DNA of 59,850 bases, counting the filler, from Nitrospinae bacterium RIFCSPLOWO2_12_FULL_45_22 (GTDB lineage Bacteria > 2-12-FULL-45-22): NCBI GenBank assembly GCA_001803565.1. It is 7 parts of 7 records of this genome, joined end to end, with 100 filler letters (N's around TTAATTAATTAA, not from the genome) between each part and the next. Parts side by side here need not be neighbours in the genome. Positions count along the whole stretch, not along the records: positions 24,275 to 48,281 come from MHDQ01000174.1; 6 more parts are not named here. The stretch is one strand, 5' to 3'. Below the pieces are notes generated by a model. The model saw nothing but the letters and a program-made list of their open reading frames with translations, did no database searches and was not told where the DNA came from. Below, one piece after another: positions 37,092-46,829 of this stretch. Numbering within the stretch: position 1 is the stretch's first letter; each line of letters begins with the position of its first letter. The position numbers were made by a program, and so were the translations under genes.

Positions 37092-39323
37092 CTATCTCCC
37101 CTTCGTCTTCAGGGCCAGTATTATCTTTTCTGGAGTAATAGGCAGGCTATAAAGCCGTACGCCAATGGCCTGATAAATGGCATTAGCGATAGCCGCAGCG
37201 GTAGGTATGTGGGGCGGCTCGCCTACACCACGGACACCGTAAGGATGCTGGGGGGAAGGTTCCTCAATAATAATGGTCTCGATAGGAGGAAGGTCTATAG
37301 CTGTGGGCATTTTATAGTCAGCAAAATTAGGGTTGATGACTTCTCCCTGATTAAATTTCATCTGTTCGAATAGGGCAAATCCCATCCCCTGGGCTATTCC
37401 ACCCTGGATCTGTCCTTCTACTAACCCGGGATTAAGGGCGAAACCAGCATCCTGAGCCCCTACCAGCCGTAAGACCCTTACTTCACCGCTCTTGGGGTCA
37501 ACTTCTACTTCGGCCCCCTGGGCTACAAAGGTTATAGTATTAGCTAAAGATTGATCACGGGCTCCACCCTTTATCCAATCAGTATGCTGTTTTTTATGCC
37601 GGGCAGACAGCTCACCTATGGCCAGTTTCTGATCAGTATTTTGTCGGTTGAATATATGGCCATTATCTATTCCTAAGTCCTCTGGCCTGAGGTCTAATTC
37701 TTGTGCAGCTATTTCCAGCAATTTATCTTTGGCTTGCTGGCAGGCGATCCTGGTAGCATTGCTCATATTATACGCCAGCCAACTGCCACCGCTTGCCGGT
37801 GCTTCTATAGCCCTGCTAGTACTTTCGGTTCGTATCCGGACTTTTTCTAAAGGGACAGATAGCTCCTCAGCAGCTACCTGGGCTAATACCGTACTAGAAC
37901 CCGTCAGGTCTACTGAACCGGTTATAATTTCTACATCACTATCCCGGGTAATCATTACCTCTATGCCACAGCCAATGCCCATAGTGTTCCATTGACCACA
38001 AGCCAGCCCCTTACCACGGTTCCCATGTGGGGCAACCTTATCCCACTGGATTGCCTCTGCTACTCCCTTCAAGACCCGCTCCAGGCTACAGCGATCTAGT
38101 TTTTCCCCAGCAAAGGTCATATCGCCATCCTGTAAGATATTTTTTAGCCGAAATTCTAATGGATTCATGCTCAATTTCTCGGCTATCTCATCCATCTGTG
38201 ACTCTATAGCAAAGGTAACTTGAGGAAAACCCGGGGCACGATAAGAGCCACAAGAGACCGTATTGGTATAGACACAATAGCCCTCCAGCCGGGCATTTGG
38301 TATTCGATAGGGACCGCAGGCGGCTGAGGTAGAGCCCTGAGCGGTCAAGGGGCTCATGCCGGCATAGGCGCCAGAATCATATATCAGTCGGGCTTCGCGG
38401 GCTATGATCGTGCCCTCTTTCTTTACGCCGGTCTTGAGATAAATCTTAGAAGAAGAGCGGGGGTTAGAGTACTTAAACTCCTCTTCCCTGGTCATAGTTA
38501 TCTTTACTGGCTGCTTTGCTTTCCTGGCTAATAATACTGCTACATGGGAGATAAGGGGTGGGAACTTACCGCCAAAACCCCCGCCAATCACGGATGGGAT
38601 TACTTCTACCTGATCTTCTGGTATGCCCAGGGCCTGACAGAGGAGCATCCGGTGCATAAAGCTACCCTGAGTAGATACCCAGAGGGTTACTTTACCGTTG
38701 GCATCTACTTTTGCCAGGGCAGAATGGGGCTCTAAATAGCCCTGGTGGACATTGGGTGTAGTAAAAATACCTTCAAAGATAAAATCGGCTTCCTGAAAGG
38801 CCCTCTCTACATCGCCCACCTTTGACCGGTAATAGAAGTTTATGTTCCCTCGGCCTCTGCCTGCCAGGGCTCCCTTATATTGCCCTAATTCTTCATGGAT
38901 AATAACCGCTTCGGGCTTCATAGCCTCTTCTGGGTCAAATACGTCCGCTAATGGCTCATACTCGACTTGAATAAGGGCAAGGGCCTCTTCAACTATATCG
39001 TCTCGCTCCGCTGCTACAGCAGCTACCCGATCACCTTTATAGCGCACCTTATCCCGGGCAAAGATCCATTCATCAGAGATCAGCCAACCATAAGGCTTAG
39101 CTGGTGCATCAGCGGCAGTAACTACTGCCTTCACACCCGGTAGCTTTTCCGCTTTGCCGGTATCCAGGGATACTATCCGGGCATGGGCATAAGGGCTGTA
39201 GAGGATCTTGCCGCATAACATACCTGGCCCATACTTATCATCGCCAAATAATGCCTTACCCGTGACCTTATCCCAGGCATCTACCCGCTTCACTATTTTG
39301 CCTAGAACCTTATAAGTACTCAT
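37092..39323 (-). CDS. Xanthine dehydrogenase family molybdopterin-binding large subunit
   Basis: KVTG, GGGFGGK, YRAPGFPQ, EGQIQGG, GVGEPP. Confidence 0.93.
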   Translation of the reverse strand: MSTYKVLGKIVKRVDAWDKVTGKALFGDDKYGPGMLCGKILYSPYAHARIVSLDTGKAEKLPGVKAVVTAADAPAKPYGWLISDEWIFARDKVRYKGDRVAAVAAERDDIVEEALALIQVEYEPLADVFDPEEAMKPEAVIIHEELGQYKGALAGRGRGNINFYYRSKVGDVERAFQEADFIFEGIFTTPNVHQGYLEPHSALAKVDANGKVTLWVSTQGSFMHRMLLCQALGIPEDQVEVIPSVIGGGFGGKFPPLISHVAVLLARKAKQPVKITMTREEEFKYSNPRSSSKIYLKTGVKKEGTIIAREARLIYDSGAYAGMSPLTAQGSTSAACGPYRIPNARLEGYCVYTNTVSCGSYRAPGFPQVTFAIESQMDEIAEKLSMNPLEFRLKNILQDGDMTFAGEKLDRCSLERVLKGVAEAIQWDKVAPHGNRGKGLACGQWNTMGIGCGIEVMITRDSDVEIITGSVDLTGSSTVLAQVAAEELSVPLEKVRIRTESTSRAIEAPASGGSWLAYNMSNATRIACQQAKDKLLEIAAQELDLRPEDLGIDNGHIFNRQNTDQKLAIGELSARHKKQHTDWIKGGARDQSLANTITFVAQGAEVEVDPKSGEVRVLRLVGAQDAGFALNPGLVEGQIQGGIAQGMGFALFEQMKFNQGEVINPNFADYKMPTAIDLPPIETIIIEEPSPQHPYGVRGVGEPPHIPTAAAIANAIYQAIGVRLYSLPITPEKIILALKTKGR

Positions 39324-39340
39324 ATTGTTTCTCTTTTTCC

Positions 39341-39455
39341 CAGATGCCCACAGATATTTTAGTGAGCAGTAAGCCGTGAGGAGTAAGAAGTTAACGGCTC
39401 ACTGCTTACTCCTCACCCTATTTAATCTCCTGATAATCTGCGTTCATCTGCGGCC
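39341..39455. repeat. Nested intergenic element: CAGAT.. / ATCTGCGTTCATCTGCGG ends with inverted heptamer arrays inside
   Basis: agtgagc agtaagc cgtgagg agtaaga facing gctcact gcttact cctcacc. Confidence 0.65.
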
Positions 39456-39466
39456 AAAATAGGGAA

Positions 39467-39934
39467 TTATGATCCGACAGACATTATCGCCTTGACGATT
39501 TTATCATAACCGGTACAACGGCAGAGATTGCCCGCAATAGCCATTCGTACCTCCTCTTCACCAGGCCTGGGACAGCTATCTAATAAAGCCTTGGCTGCTA
39601 ATACCATTCCTGGAGTGCAAAAGCCGCATTGGATAGCCCCATGATCAATAAAGGCCTGCTGGATAGGATGGAGTTGGTCTCCTTCGGCTAGCCCTTCAAT
39701 AGTAAGTATATTCTGGCCAGCTACTTCTACGACTAAGGTCAGGCAAGAATTAATGGCCTGGCCGTTGACCAATAGGGTACAAGCCCCACAATCGCCCTGG
39801 CCACAACCCTCTTTCGTGCCGGTAAGGCCCAGGTCTTCCCTGATTACCTCTAATAAAGTCTTATTGGCTTCTACAGTAAAACTATATCGTTTCTGGTTAA
39901 CCGTCAGAGTAATAGGGTATTTAGAAAATTCCAT
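39467..39934 (-). CDS. XDH-family [2Fe-2S] small subunit (CoxS/CutS-like)
   Basis: GTKEGCGQGDCGACT, QCGFCTPG, GNLCRCTGY; start taken at MEFSKY because the longer ORF begins inside a repeat. Confidence 0.95.
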   Translation of the reverse strand: MEFSKYPITLTVNQKRYSFTVEANKTLLEVIREDLGLTGTKEGCGQGDCGACTLLVNGQAINSCLTLVVEVAGQNILTIEGLAEGDQLHPIQQAFIDHGAIQCGFCTPGMVLAAKALLDSCPRPGEEEVRMAIAGNLCRCTGYDKIVKAIMSVGS

Positions 39935-39945
39935 GCTCTTCTCTT

Positions 39946-40118
39946 GTAACCGTTCACCCGAGTGAGTTTTCTTAACCACTAAGGCACAAAGACACCAAGG
40001 AAACGTAAAACGCAAAGCTAAAAGTGCAAAGCTGAGGAATAATTACCTTAGTTTTACACCTTGCATTTTAAGCTTTGAGCTTCTTAGTGGCTTAGTGCCT
40101 TGGTGGCTGAATGATTAC
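39946..40118. repeat. GTAA..TTAC-family miniature element with two nested repeat layers
   Basis: GTAACCGTTCAC...CTGAATGATTAC; inner ccactaaggcac / gtgccttggtgg; innermost heptamer inverted repeats. Confidence 0.75.
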
Positions 40119-40120
40119 AT

Positions 40121-40987
40121 CTAGATTATCCTGGCAGCATGAGTGATGGCCCGGGCAGTTAAAACCCGTACTATTTCCTGGCGATATTCGGCTGATCCCC
40201 TCAGGTCTGTTATCGGTTGAGCGTGGGCTGCAGCTATACTGGCTGCCTTCTCTATCTCCTCCGGAGCAATTATTTTGCCTTGGAGGCTATTCTCTGCCTC
40301 GACCACCCGTATAGGAGTAGGTGCAACCGCACCCAGAGCAATCCTTACCTCAGCACAAGTCCTTCTATCTGGTTTTAGGGCCATGAGGACTGCTACTCCC
40401 ACGATAGCAATCTCCATGGCCCGCCGGATACCATGCTTCAAATATATGGCCTTACTCCTTTCAGGCATGCGTGGTACCTCTATCTCTTGTAGTATTTCAC
40501 CATCCTTTAATATAGTCTGGTTAGGGGCACAGAAGAACTCTTCTAGTGGGATAAATTTTTTACCTTTTAGCCCCCGGACTACTGCCCTGGCATTAAGTAC
40601 CAGTAGCGGGGGGGCAAGGTCTGCCGAAGGCACTGCATGACATAGATTGCCTCCTACGGTACCTTTGTTCCTTATCTGTACCGAACCGATGGTTTGGGCA
40701 GCCTGGGCCAGTATAGGGTAATAGCCGAGGATCCATGGATTATGTAGCAGTTCACTATGGGTTACTAACGCCCTGATCCTCAAGCCTTTTTCAGGATCAT
40801 ATTCTATCCCTTTCAATCGTTTGATCTTTTTCAGATCAATCAAAAACTGTGGCTTAACCAGGTTTCGCTTCATCTGGATTAATAAGTCTGTACCACCGGC
40901 CAATAAGCGAGCTTGCCCCTGGGCTTCAGAGAGGAGGCGGCAGGCCTGATTCAAAGAAGTAGGTGCATAATAAGAGAAAGTAAGCAT
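40121..40987 (-). CDS. XDH-family FAD-binding medium subunit (CoxM/CutM-like)
   Basis: AGGTDL, IGSVQIRNKGTVGGN, PITDLRGSAEYR. Confidence 0.95.
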   Translation of the reverse strand: MLTFSYYAPTSLNQACRLLSEAQGQARLLAGGTDLLIQMKRNLVKPQFLIDLKKIKRLKGIEYDPEKGLRIRALVTHSELLHNPWILGYYPILAQAAQTIGSVQIRNKGTVGGNLCHAVPSADLAPPLLVLNARAVVRGLKGKKFIPLEEFFCAPNQTILKDGEILQEIEVPRMPERSKAIYLKHGIRRAMEIAIVGVAVLMALKPDRRTCAEVRIALGAVAPTPIRVVEAENSLQGKIIAPEEIEKAASIAAAHAQPITDLRGSAEYRQEIVRVLTARAITHAARII

Positions 40988-41036
40988 TTTCTGTTATCTC
41001 TCTTCCGGTAATGAAATAAGCAGTAAGCAAAAAAAG

Positions 41037-41309
41037 CTACCTAACTGCTTCTTTTAGGGCTTTACCCGGTTTAAATTTAGGGCTCCTGCTAGCCGGTATA
41101 TTAATTTTTGCCCCAGTCTGGGGATTGCGGCCTTTCCGAGCCGCCCGATTTCTAACCGAAAAGGTTCCAAAACCAACCAGGGTAACGCTATTTCCCTTTT
41201 TCAAATCCCTGGTTACCCCAGAAACAATGGCATTTAATGCCTGATCGGCCTTGGCTTTAGTAATATTGGCCCCCGCTGCTATTTGAACAATAAGATCTGA
41301 TTTGTTCAT
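41037..41309 (-). CDS. hup: DNA-binding protein HU
   Basis: [31 protein letters not shown]. Confidence 0.96.
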   Translation of the reverse strand: MNKSDLIVQIAAGANITKAKADQALNAIVSGVTRDLKKGNSVTLVGFGTFSVRNRAARKGRNPQTGAKINIPASRSPKFKPGKALKEAVR

Positions 41310-41560
41310 AACCTATCCCTCCTATATAAAGACGTTATACAAGAAAAACTTTTTAGATTTTTGGGCAGTCATACTACAAAATTCTGCCTCAGAGGTCAAG
41401 AGAAAAAGAAGCTGGAGTTTCCCCAAAAATTTCTGCAACCAGGTATCATCCTTTTCAAAATTTCACCGCAGATCTCTGCGACCTCTGCGGTTAGTTCCTA
41501 CTCCTCTGAGCGGGTAATGCTTTGCTTACAACAATGCGGAAGGTTTTATACCATCTGGTT

Positions 41561-41779
41561 TCAGAGTATCTCCACAAACTTTTTCCGCGAAGAGGCCCCT
41601 TTGTACAGGATAATGGCCTGCCGGGGACGGTCAAAATAGTCTGCCAGGACTTCGATCAGGGCTTGATTGGCTTTACCTTCCCGGGCTGGGGCCTTGACCC
41701 ATACCCGGTATTCGCCATCGGAGACCTTCTCGACCTTTTCATTTCTGGCGTTGGGCCGTACCCAAACTGTCACTCTCAT
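41561..41779 (-). CDS. DUF167 (YggU/UPF0235) family protein
   Basis: VRPNAR, VKAPAREGKAN, GASSRKK. Confidence 0.9.
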   Translation of the reverse strand: MRVTVWVRPNARNEKVEKVSDGEYRVWVKAPAREGKANQALIEVLADYFDRPRQAIILYKGASSRKKFVEIL

Positions 41780-41794
41780 TAACGTAAATTATAC

Positions 41795-41985
41795 GTAAGC
41801 GTTCAGCCCTCAGTTGTCAGTGGTCAGTAATACTTATCGGAAGGCGATAGGCACAAAGCGTGAGAGCGTTAAGCGTAAGGGTAAAAAAATCCCCTCACGC
41901 CTTACCCCTTACGACTCGCTCACTCCTTACGCCTCACGATTGTTTTATTTAACTGAAAGCGGAAGGTTGATAGCTGAATACTTAC
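41795..41985. repeat. GTAA..TTAC-family miniature element with heptamer cargo
   Basis: GTAAGCGTTCAGC...GCTGAATACTTAC; inner gcgtaag/gggtaaa facing cctcacg/ccttacc/ccttacg. Confidence 0.75.
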
Positions 41986-41992
41986 GGTAAAG

Positions 41993-42940
41993 TTATTTAT
42001 CGGGCACAGGGGGCGCGGGGTTCACATATCCAGTAAGTAGAGTACTGGGTGCAAGACGGATTATATCCTCTAGCCGCCAGGGTCCCTCCTTCTCGTGATC
42101 CTTATAGATGCCGGTTATCTCTTCTGGCCAGGAATAACGGGCTATCCTGCCTCCCCCGGCACCGAATACCTGTCCATTAATATTAGCCGCCTCATCCGTT
42201 ACTAAATAAACTACAATAGGTGGTACAAATTGCGGTCCCGGCATCTTTATCAAGTCATCGTATTGCTGCTTGGTAATCAAGCCTGCGTCTAGTCTCTTCT
42301 TCATCCCGGCTATAACACCTTCATTCAAGGTCATCCGGGTAGCTGCCATAGGGGCGATGACATTGCAAGTTATACCATATCTTCCTAACTCCCGGGCAAT
42401 GGCCCGGGTAAAACTAACAATACCACCCTTTGCCGCCGCATAGTTGGCCTGCCCAACACTACCCCACCGGTAAGCATCGGAGGTACAAGTTACTATGCGA
42501 CCATATTTTTGCTCTTTCATCAATCCCGAGGCATGTCGGCACATATTGAAAGTACCATTTAGATGAACCTTTATTACGGTATCCCAATCATCTTCGGTCA
42601 TATTATAGATCATACGTTCCCGGAGGACACCAGCCCCATTAATCAGGATATCAAGGCGGCCGTATGTATCCACACAGGTCTTAATTATCTTCTCAGCAGC
42701 ATCAAATTCCGCTACTGACTCATAGCTGGGAATTGCCTCTCCCCCCTTGCTTTTTATTTCCTTTACTACTTCGTCTGCCGGAGCAACCTCACTCCCTTCA
42801 CCACCCCTTCCCACACCGGGGTCAACTACCACTACCCGCACACCTTCGGCTGCTAGTGCCAGGGCAACCTCTCTAAATATCCCTCTCCCTGCACCGGTTA
42901 CTATGGCATTCTTTCCCTTTAACCTATCTCCCATTTTCAC
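41993..42940 (-). CDS. SDR oxidoreductase (3-hydroxyacyl-CoA dehydrogenase-like)
   Basis: TGAGRG, VIKVHLNG, GQANYAAAKGG, APMAATRMT. Confidence 0.9.
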   Translation of the reverse strand: MKMGDRLKGKNAIVTGAGRGIFREVALALAAEGVRVVVVDPGVGRGGEGSEVAPADEVVKEIKSKGGEAIPSYESVAEFDAAEKIIKTCVDTYGRLDILINGAGVLRERMIYNMTEDDWDTVIKVHLNGTFNMCRHASGLMKEQKYGRIVTCTSDAYRWGSVGQANYAAAKGGIVSFTRAIARELGRYGITCNVIAPMAATRMTLNEGVIAGMKKRLDAGLITKQQYDDLIKMPGPQFVPPIVVYLVTDEAANINGQVFGAGGGRIARYSWPEEITGIYKDHEKEGPWRLEDIIRLAPSTLLTGYVNPAPPVPDK

Positions 42941-42969
42941 GCCCTCCCTCTATTCATTAGATTATTGCG

Positions 42970-44154
42970 TTATTTTAATCCCACGATACAAACGCTTATC
43001 GTACATCCACCCGGTTGCCCACCCAGGCTATGGGTTAGGCCCAGGCGCGGATTTTTGATCTGCCTCTTACCTGCCCGGCCCTGGAGCTGGAGGTACATCT
43101 CATAAAGCATCCTTATTCCCGAAGCGCCTACCGGGTGGCCGAAACACTTAAGCCCCCCATCGGGTTGTACCGGGAGCCCACCATCAAGGTTAAAGAAGCC
43201 CGATTCGATATCTTCTCTGGCCCTCCCCCGGGGAGAAAACTGCAGGTCTTCCATGGTAACCAGTTCGGTTATGGAGAAACAGTCGTGCACTTCGGCCATA
43301 CTGATCTCCTCTCTCGGATTCTTAATACCAGCCTCTTCATAAGCCCGCTGGCCGGCCAGATAAGTCTCCGGTATGTGGGTATAATCATATTTGGTACTGA
43401 TTCGCCCATAATCGGCACTAACGCAGATCTGTAATGCCTTGACATAAACCGGATCGGACCTGAAGTTCCGGGCCATATCAGCCCGGGTGATGATTGCCGC
43501 TGCTGCCCCATCGCTCACCCCGCAACAGTCATAAAGCCCTAGTGGTTCAGCAATTATTGGGGCATTGATTACCTGCTCCAGGGTAATTTTGTTTTGAAAA
43601 TGGGCCTTTGGATTGAGAGACCCATTGGCATGGCTTTTGACCGAAATAGCCCCAATGGCCCTCTTCCCCTCTTCGTAGCTCAAGCCATATTTCTCAAAGT
43701 ATCGGGTAGCTAGAATAGCAAAGGCGCCTGGGGCGGTGAGCATGGGCTGGGTATTGGATACCCCCGGGTAATATCCTACACCCAATCCACTGAAACCCAT
43801 ATCCTTGATCTTTTCTACCCCCAGGGCCAGGACCAGGTCATAAATTCCGGCTGCTACTGCATAGCAGGCATTACGGAAGGCATCAATCCCCGTAGCACAG
43901 GCATTCTCTACCCGGGTCACAGGCACACCCTGTAGCCTTAAAGGAGCGGTTAACCCCATGCCGGTCTTGGCAGAAACATCATAAGAGGCCCCGACCCAGC
44001 CTGCTTGAATATCTTTGGGTTCCACCCCAGCATCTTCAAAGGCTTCATATGCTGCCTCTACCACCAGGTCTGAGGCACTTTTATTCCACAGTTCCCCAAA
44101 TCTGGTGCAGCCCATACCCACAATAGCTACCCTATCTTTTATACTCCCTGACAT
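42970..44154 (-). CDS. SCP2-type thiolase (acetyl-CoA acetyltransferase)
   Basis: RVENACATG, DCCGVSDGAAA, EVHDCF, GHPVGASG. Confidence 0.93.
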   Translation of the reverse strand: MSGSIKDRVAIVGMGCTRFGELWNKSASDLVVEAAYEAFEDAGVEPKDIQAGWVGASYDVSAKTGMGLTAPLRLQGVPVTRVENACATGIDAFRNACYAVAAGIYDLVLALGVEKIKDMGFSGLGVGYYPGVSNTQPMLTAPGAFAILATRYFEKYGLSYEEGKRAIGAISVKSHANGSLNPKAHFQNKITLEQVINAPIIAEPLGLYDCCGVSDGAAAAIITRADMARNFRSDPVYVKALQICVSADYGRISTKYDYTHIPETYLAGQRAYEEAGIKNPREEISMAEVHDCFSITELVTMEDLQFSPRGRAREDIESGFFNLDGGLPVQPDGGLKCFGHPVGASGIRMLYEMYLQLQGRAGKRQIKNPRLGLTHSLGGQPGGCTISVCIVGLK

Positions 44155-44195
44155 TTCTCTTTTCCTCCTTATTAACCCCCTTTAAATTATATTCA

Positions 44196-44328
44196 GGACG
44201 CAGGTTTACGCAGATTAGCGCATATAATAGCAGGTTATTCCTTACCCCTAATAACCCAATAACGCAATAACGCAATTGGGTTATTGGGTAATAACCAGTG
44301 ACTAATGACGAGATGTTCATCTGCGTCC
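44196..44328. repeat. Nested element: GGACGCAG / CTGCGTCC ends with octamer inverted repeats
   Basis: ggacgcaggtttacgcagat...taacccaa taacgcaa taacgcaa ttgggtta ttgggtaa...catctgcgtcc. Confidence 0.7.
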
Positions 44329-44354
44329 AAAAAGAAAATTCCTATGCTATCTGG

Positions 44355-45812
44355 TTAGCTCCTTATTGGTTTGGTCTTCCAGTAATAATTGTGAATTCCC
44401 CGGTCAAAGAAAAGCTTCCGGAAGGTTAACTCTACCGGCATGCCTACCTTGACCTCTGCGGGGTCCCGGTCGGTCATCTCAAAGGCGGCCCTACCTCCTC
44501 CTTCAAAATCTATAATGGTAACGGTCAGAGGAGGGTCCAGGCTGGCAGCCAGCTTATCCTGGGTATAGGTACAGACTGTTCCCTTTTTGTCATAGAAGGG
44601 ATAATCATCAAATTGGTCTTTGGTACCGCATTCCACACATACCCTCTGGGGCATGACGTAAGATGAAATCAGGCCCGCCTGGCTATATTGTGGTGTCCCG
44701 CACTTTTTACATTTTACCCCATAGAGGGAAAGGAGTATCTTGGCATTACGCCGGAGGTTGGAGAGAGAGGTAGGAGGAAGATCGGGACGTCTGGATTTTT
44801 CCATGCTCACGATATTTCTCCATCTGAGGTAGGTGGGATAATTATAGATCATTCTCTTGGTGTTTAACTGCCTGGCAAAGGTTCCATTGTTTCTAACTTT
44901 TGCGATACCATTGGTGACTTTCAGAATAAAGACATCCACACCATTCCCGTAGCTAGCAAAAAGGAGCCTATCGCCGGCCTTTGCCTGTTCTAAGGCAGCT
45001 ACTAGCATCATACTGGCCATGGCCGTCCCGGTATGCCCAATTTGCTCAAAGAATGGCTCCTGAAGCTGTTCTTTGCTGATACCCAATTTCCTGGCCAGCA
45101 TAGCGTGCCTGCGGTTATCCGCCGGTGGGTCATAGACAATTTTAGCAAAGCTATCTAAAGACCGCGCAGCCTTTTTTACCGCCCTGATAATAGCCTCTTC
45201 CATAATCCTGGAATAACCCTCATCATGCACCATACGGTCTTCCCACATGCGTATGAAGGTATCCTCGTGCGATCGCCACATACCGCAAAATTCATCGGTT
45301 ATGGTATACCGGTCTTCAACCTCGGCAATAAGGTCTTCTTTCGCTAGAAGAAAAGCTGCACCCCCGTCCCCCACCGACTGCTCAAATTCACTCCCCGGGG
45401 CACCTAATCTACAGTCGGAAGAGGTTAGCAGGACGGTTTTAGCAGCCCCGGCTGCCAGGGCATCCAGGGCCGATGAGAGTCCTATGGTGGCACATCTCAA
45501 GCTGTTGGAGAAATCCGCTGTGCGGATGTCACTCCTCAAATCAAGGGCCATAGCCATGGTGGCTGAGGCAAGCTTTTCTCTGTAAGGAAAGGTGGTGGAG
45601 CAAGCAAAAAGTCCATCAACTTCCTTTCGCTCCAGACCGGTAAGGCAGTCAATCCCGGCAGCTACAGCTATAGTGAGGCTGTCCTCATCAAAATTAGCCA
45701 CCGTTCTTTCTCCCTTCATGGGAAAAGGCATGGTCTGCCAGGTATTATGGATCTCAGCACGACTCAATCTGTTATAAGGGATATATACACCGTAAGACTT
45801 AATACCAACCAT
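44355..45812 (-). CDS. HMG-CoA synthase-like domain fused to DUF35 (Zn-ribbon plus OB-fold)
   Basis: MVGIKSYGVYIPYNRL, DEDSLT, GDGGAA, SYGNG; C-terminal CKKC...CVEC, GMPVELTFR, YYWK. Confidence 0.9.
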   Translation of the reverse strand: MVGIKSYGVYIPYNRLSRAEIHNTWQTMPFPMKGERTVANFDEDSLTIAVAAGIDCLTGLERKEVDGLFACSTTFPYREKLASATMAMALDLRSDIRTADFSNSLRCATIGLSSALDALAAGAAKTVLLTSSDCRLGAPGSEFEQSVGDGGAAFLLAKEDLIAEVEDRYTITDEFCGMWRSHEDTFIRMWEDRMVHDEGYSRIMEEAIIRAVKKAARSLDSFAKIVYDPPADNRRHAMLARKLGISKEQLQEPFFEQIGHTGTAMASMMLVAALEQAKAGDRLLFASYGNGVDVFILKVTNGIAKVRNNGTFARQLNTKRMIYNYPTYLRWRNIVSMEKSRRPDLPPTSLSNLRRNAKILLSLYGVKCKKCGTPQYSQAGLISSYVMPQRVCVECGTKDQFDDYPFYDKKGTVCTYTQDKLAASLDPPLTVTIIDFEGGGRAAFEMTDRDPAEVKVGMPVELTFRKLFFDRGIHNYYWKTKPIRS

Positions 45813-45887
45813 TTGCTATCTCCTCTCATAACTCCTGCATCCTGATTTTCAGCTACCCAACAAAATACATATTTATCCTCTAATCAT

Positions 45888-46739
45888 TCACCGCAGAGCA
45901 CGCAGAGATGAGACATAAAAGTGAACGGCCTCAGTCCCAGCCCCAGTATGGTCTACCTGACCTTCTTTTTCTAGCTTAGCTAGATGGGCCATGATTTGCT
46001 GTTCAGCTACCCCATAGAATCTCTCATCAAGCTCTACAGCATAGATCTTCAGCATAAGCTGATGCGGGGTCATATGGCCACCTACCCTTAAGGCATCAAT
46101 GATCTGCTGTTCCCGGGCTAAGCGGTGCTCATAGTATTCTTTAATCTTTGCCCCGGCATCTTCCATAACTGGTCCATGAGCCGGGCAGATTTTCTGGGCC
46201 GGATAATTGAGCAGCTTTTTCAAAGACTCTAAATAATCTATCATATCCATCACTACCACAGTACTGATCCCTACGATATGGTCACCGGTAAAGAGAACCC
46301 TGTCCTCTGCCAAATAGAGGCAGATATGGCCAATACTGTGGCCGGGCGTATGGATAGTTTCTAGTTTAGCGCCAGCTATCTCTAATATATCACCATCTTT
46401 CAGGGTATCGTCAACCAGGGCCTGGCTGAACTCGCTATTGATAAGATCGGCTTCCTGGTAATGGGCTAATACCTTCGCGCCGGTTAATCTCTTTATCTTC
46501 TCTGCCCCTTCAAAATGGTCCCTGTGTCCATGAGTAATAATCAGGTAGGGAACGCTGGGATTGCCCAAGCGCTGCAGCTCTTGCACCACTTGCTGGTATG
46601 ATTCTTCATGGGCATAGCCAGCATCAACCATGACCAGCTCTTGCTGACCAATGAGATAGATATTGGTGGTGGTGTATAGAGGTTGGAAGGTTTTACTACT
46701 AATGGGAATCATGTAGACCCTGGGCGACACCCGCATCAT
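45888..46739 (-). CDS. MBL-fold metallo-hydrolase (LACTB2-like)
   Basis: THGHRDH, TPGH, TGDH, PAHG. Confidence 0.92.
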   Translation of the reverse strand: MMRVSPRVYMIPISSKTFQPLYTTTNIYLIGQQELVMVDAGYAHEESYQQVVQELQRLGNPSVPYLIITHGHRDHFEGAEKIKRLTGAKVLAHYQEADLINSEFSQALVDDTLKDGDILEIAGAKLETIHTPGHSIGHICLYLAEDRVLFTGDHIVGISTVVVMDMIDYLESLKKLLNYPAQKICPAHGPVMEDAGAKIKEYYEHRLAREQQIIDALRVGGHMTPHQLMLKIYAVELDERFYGVAEQQIMAHLAKLEKEGQVDHTGAGTEAVHFYVSSLRALR

Positions 46740-46780
46740 CACTACCCTCCAGTAAATCATCAGTCATTTATCTTTTTACC

Positions 46781-46822
46781 AATGACCAATGACCAATGAC
46801 TAATGACTAATGACCACTAACC
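46781..46822. repeat. Heptamer tandem array AATGACY
   Basis: aatgacc aatgacc aatgact aatgact aatgacc actaacc. Confidence 0.85.
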
Positions 46823-46829
46823 TAATCAG

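Noticed and set aside
39935-40015. N-terminal extension of the 2Fe-2S ORF (similar extensions at 18513-18614, 26596-26628, 47928-47978)
   Set aside because: The extensions run through repeat elements or precede better SD-supported or family-typical starts
37092-40987. Aerobic CO dehydrogenase or 4-hydroxybenzoyl-CoA reductase
   Set aside because: Diagnostic active-site loop and Fe-S insert are absent
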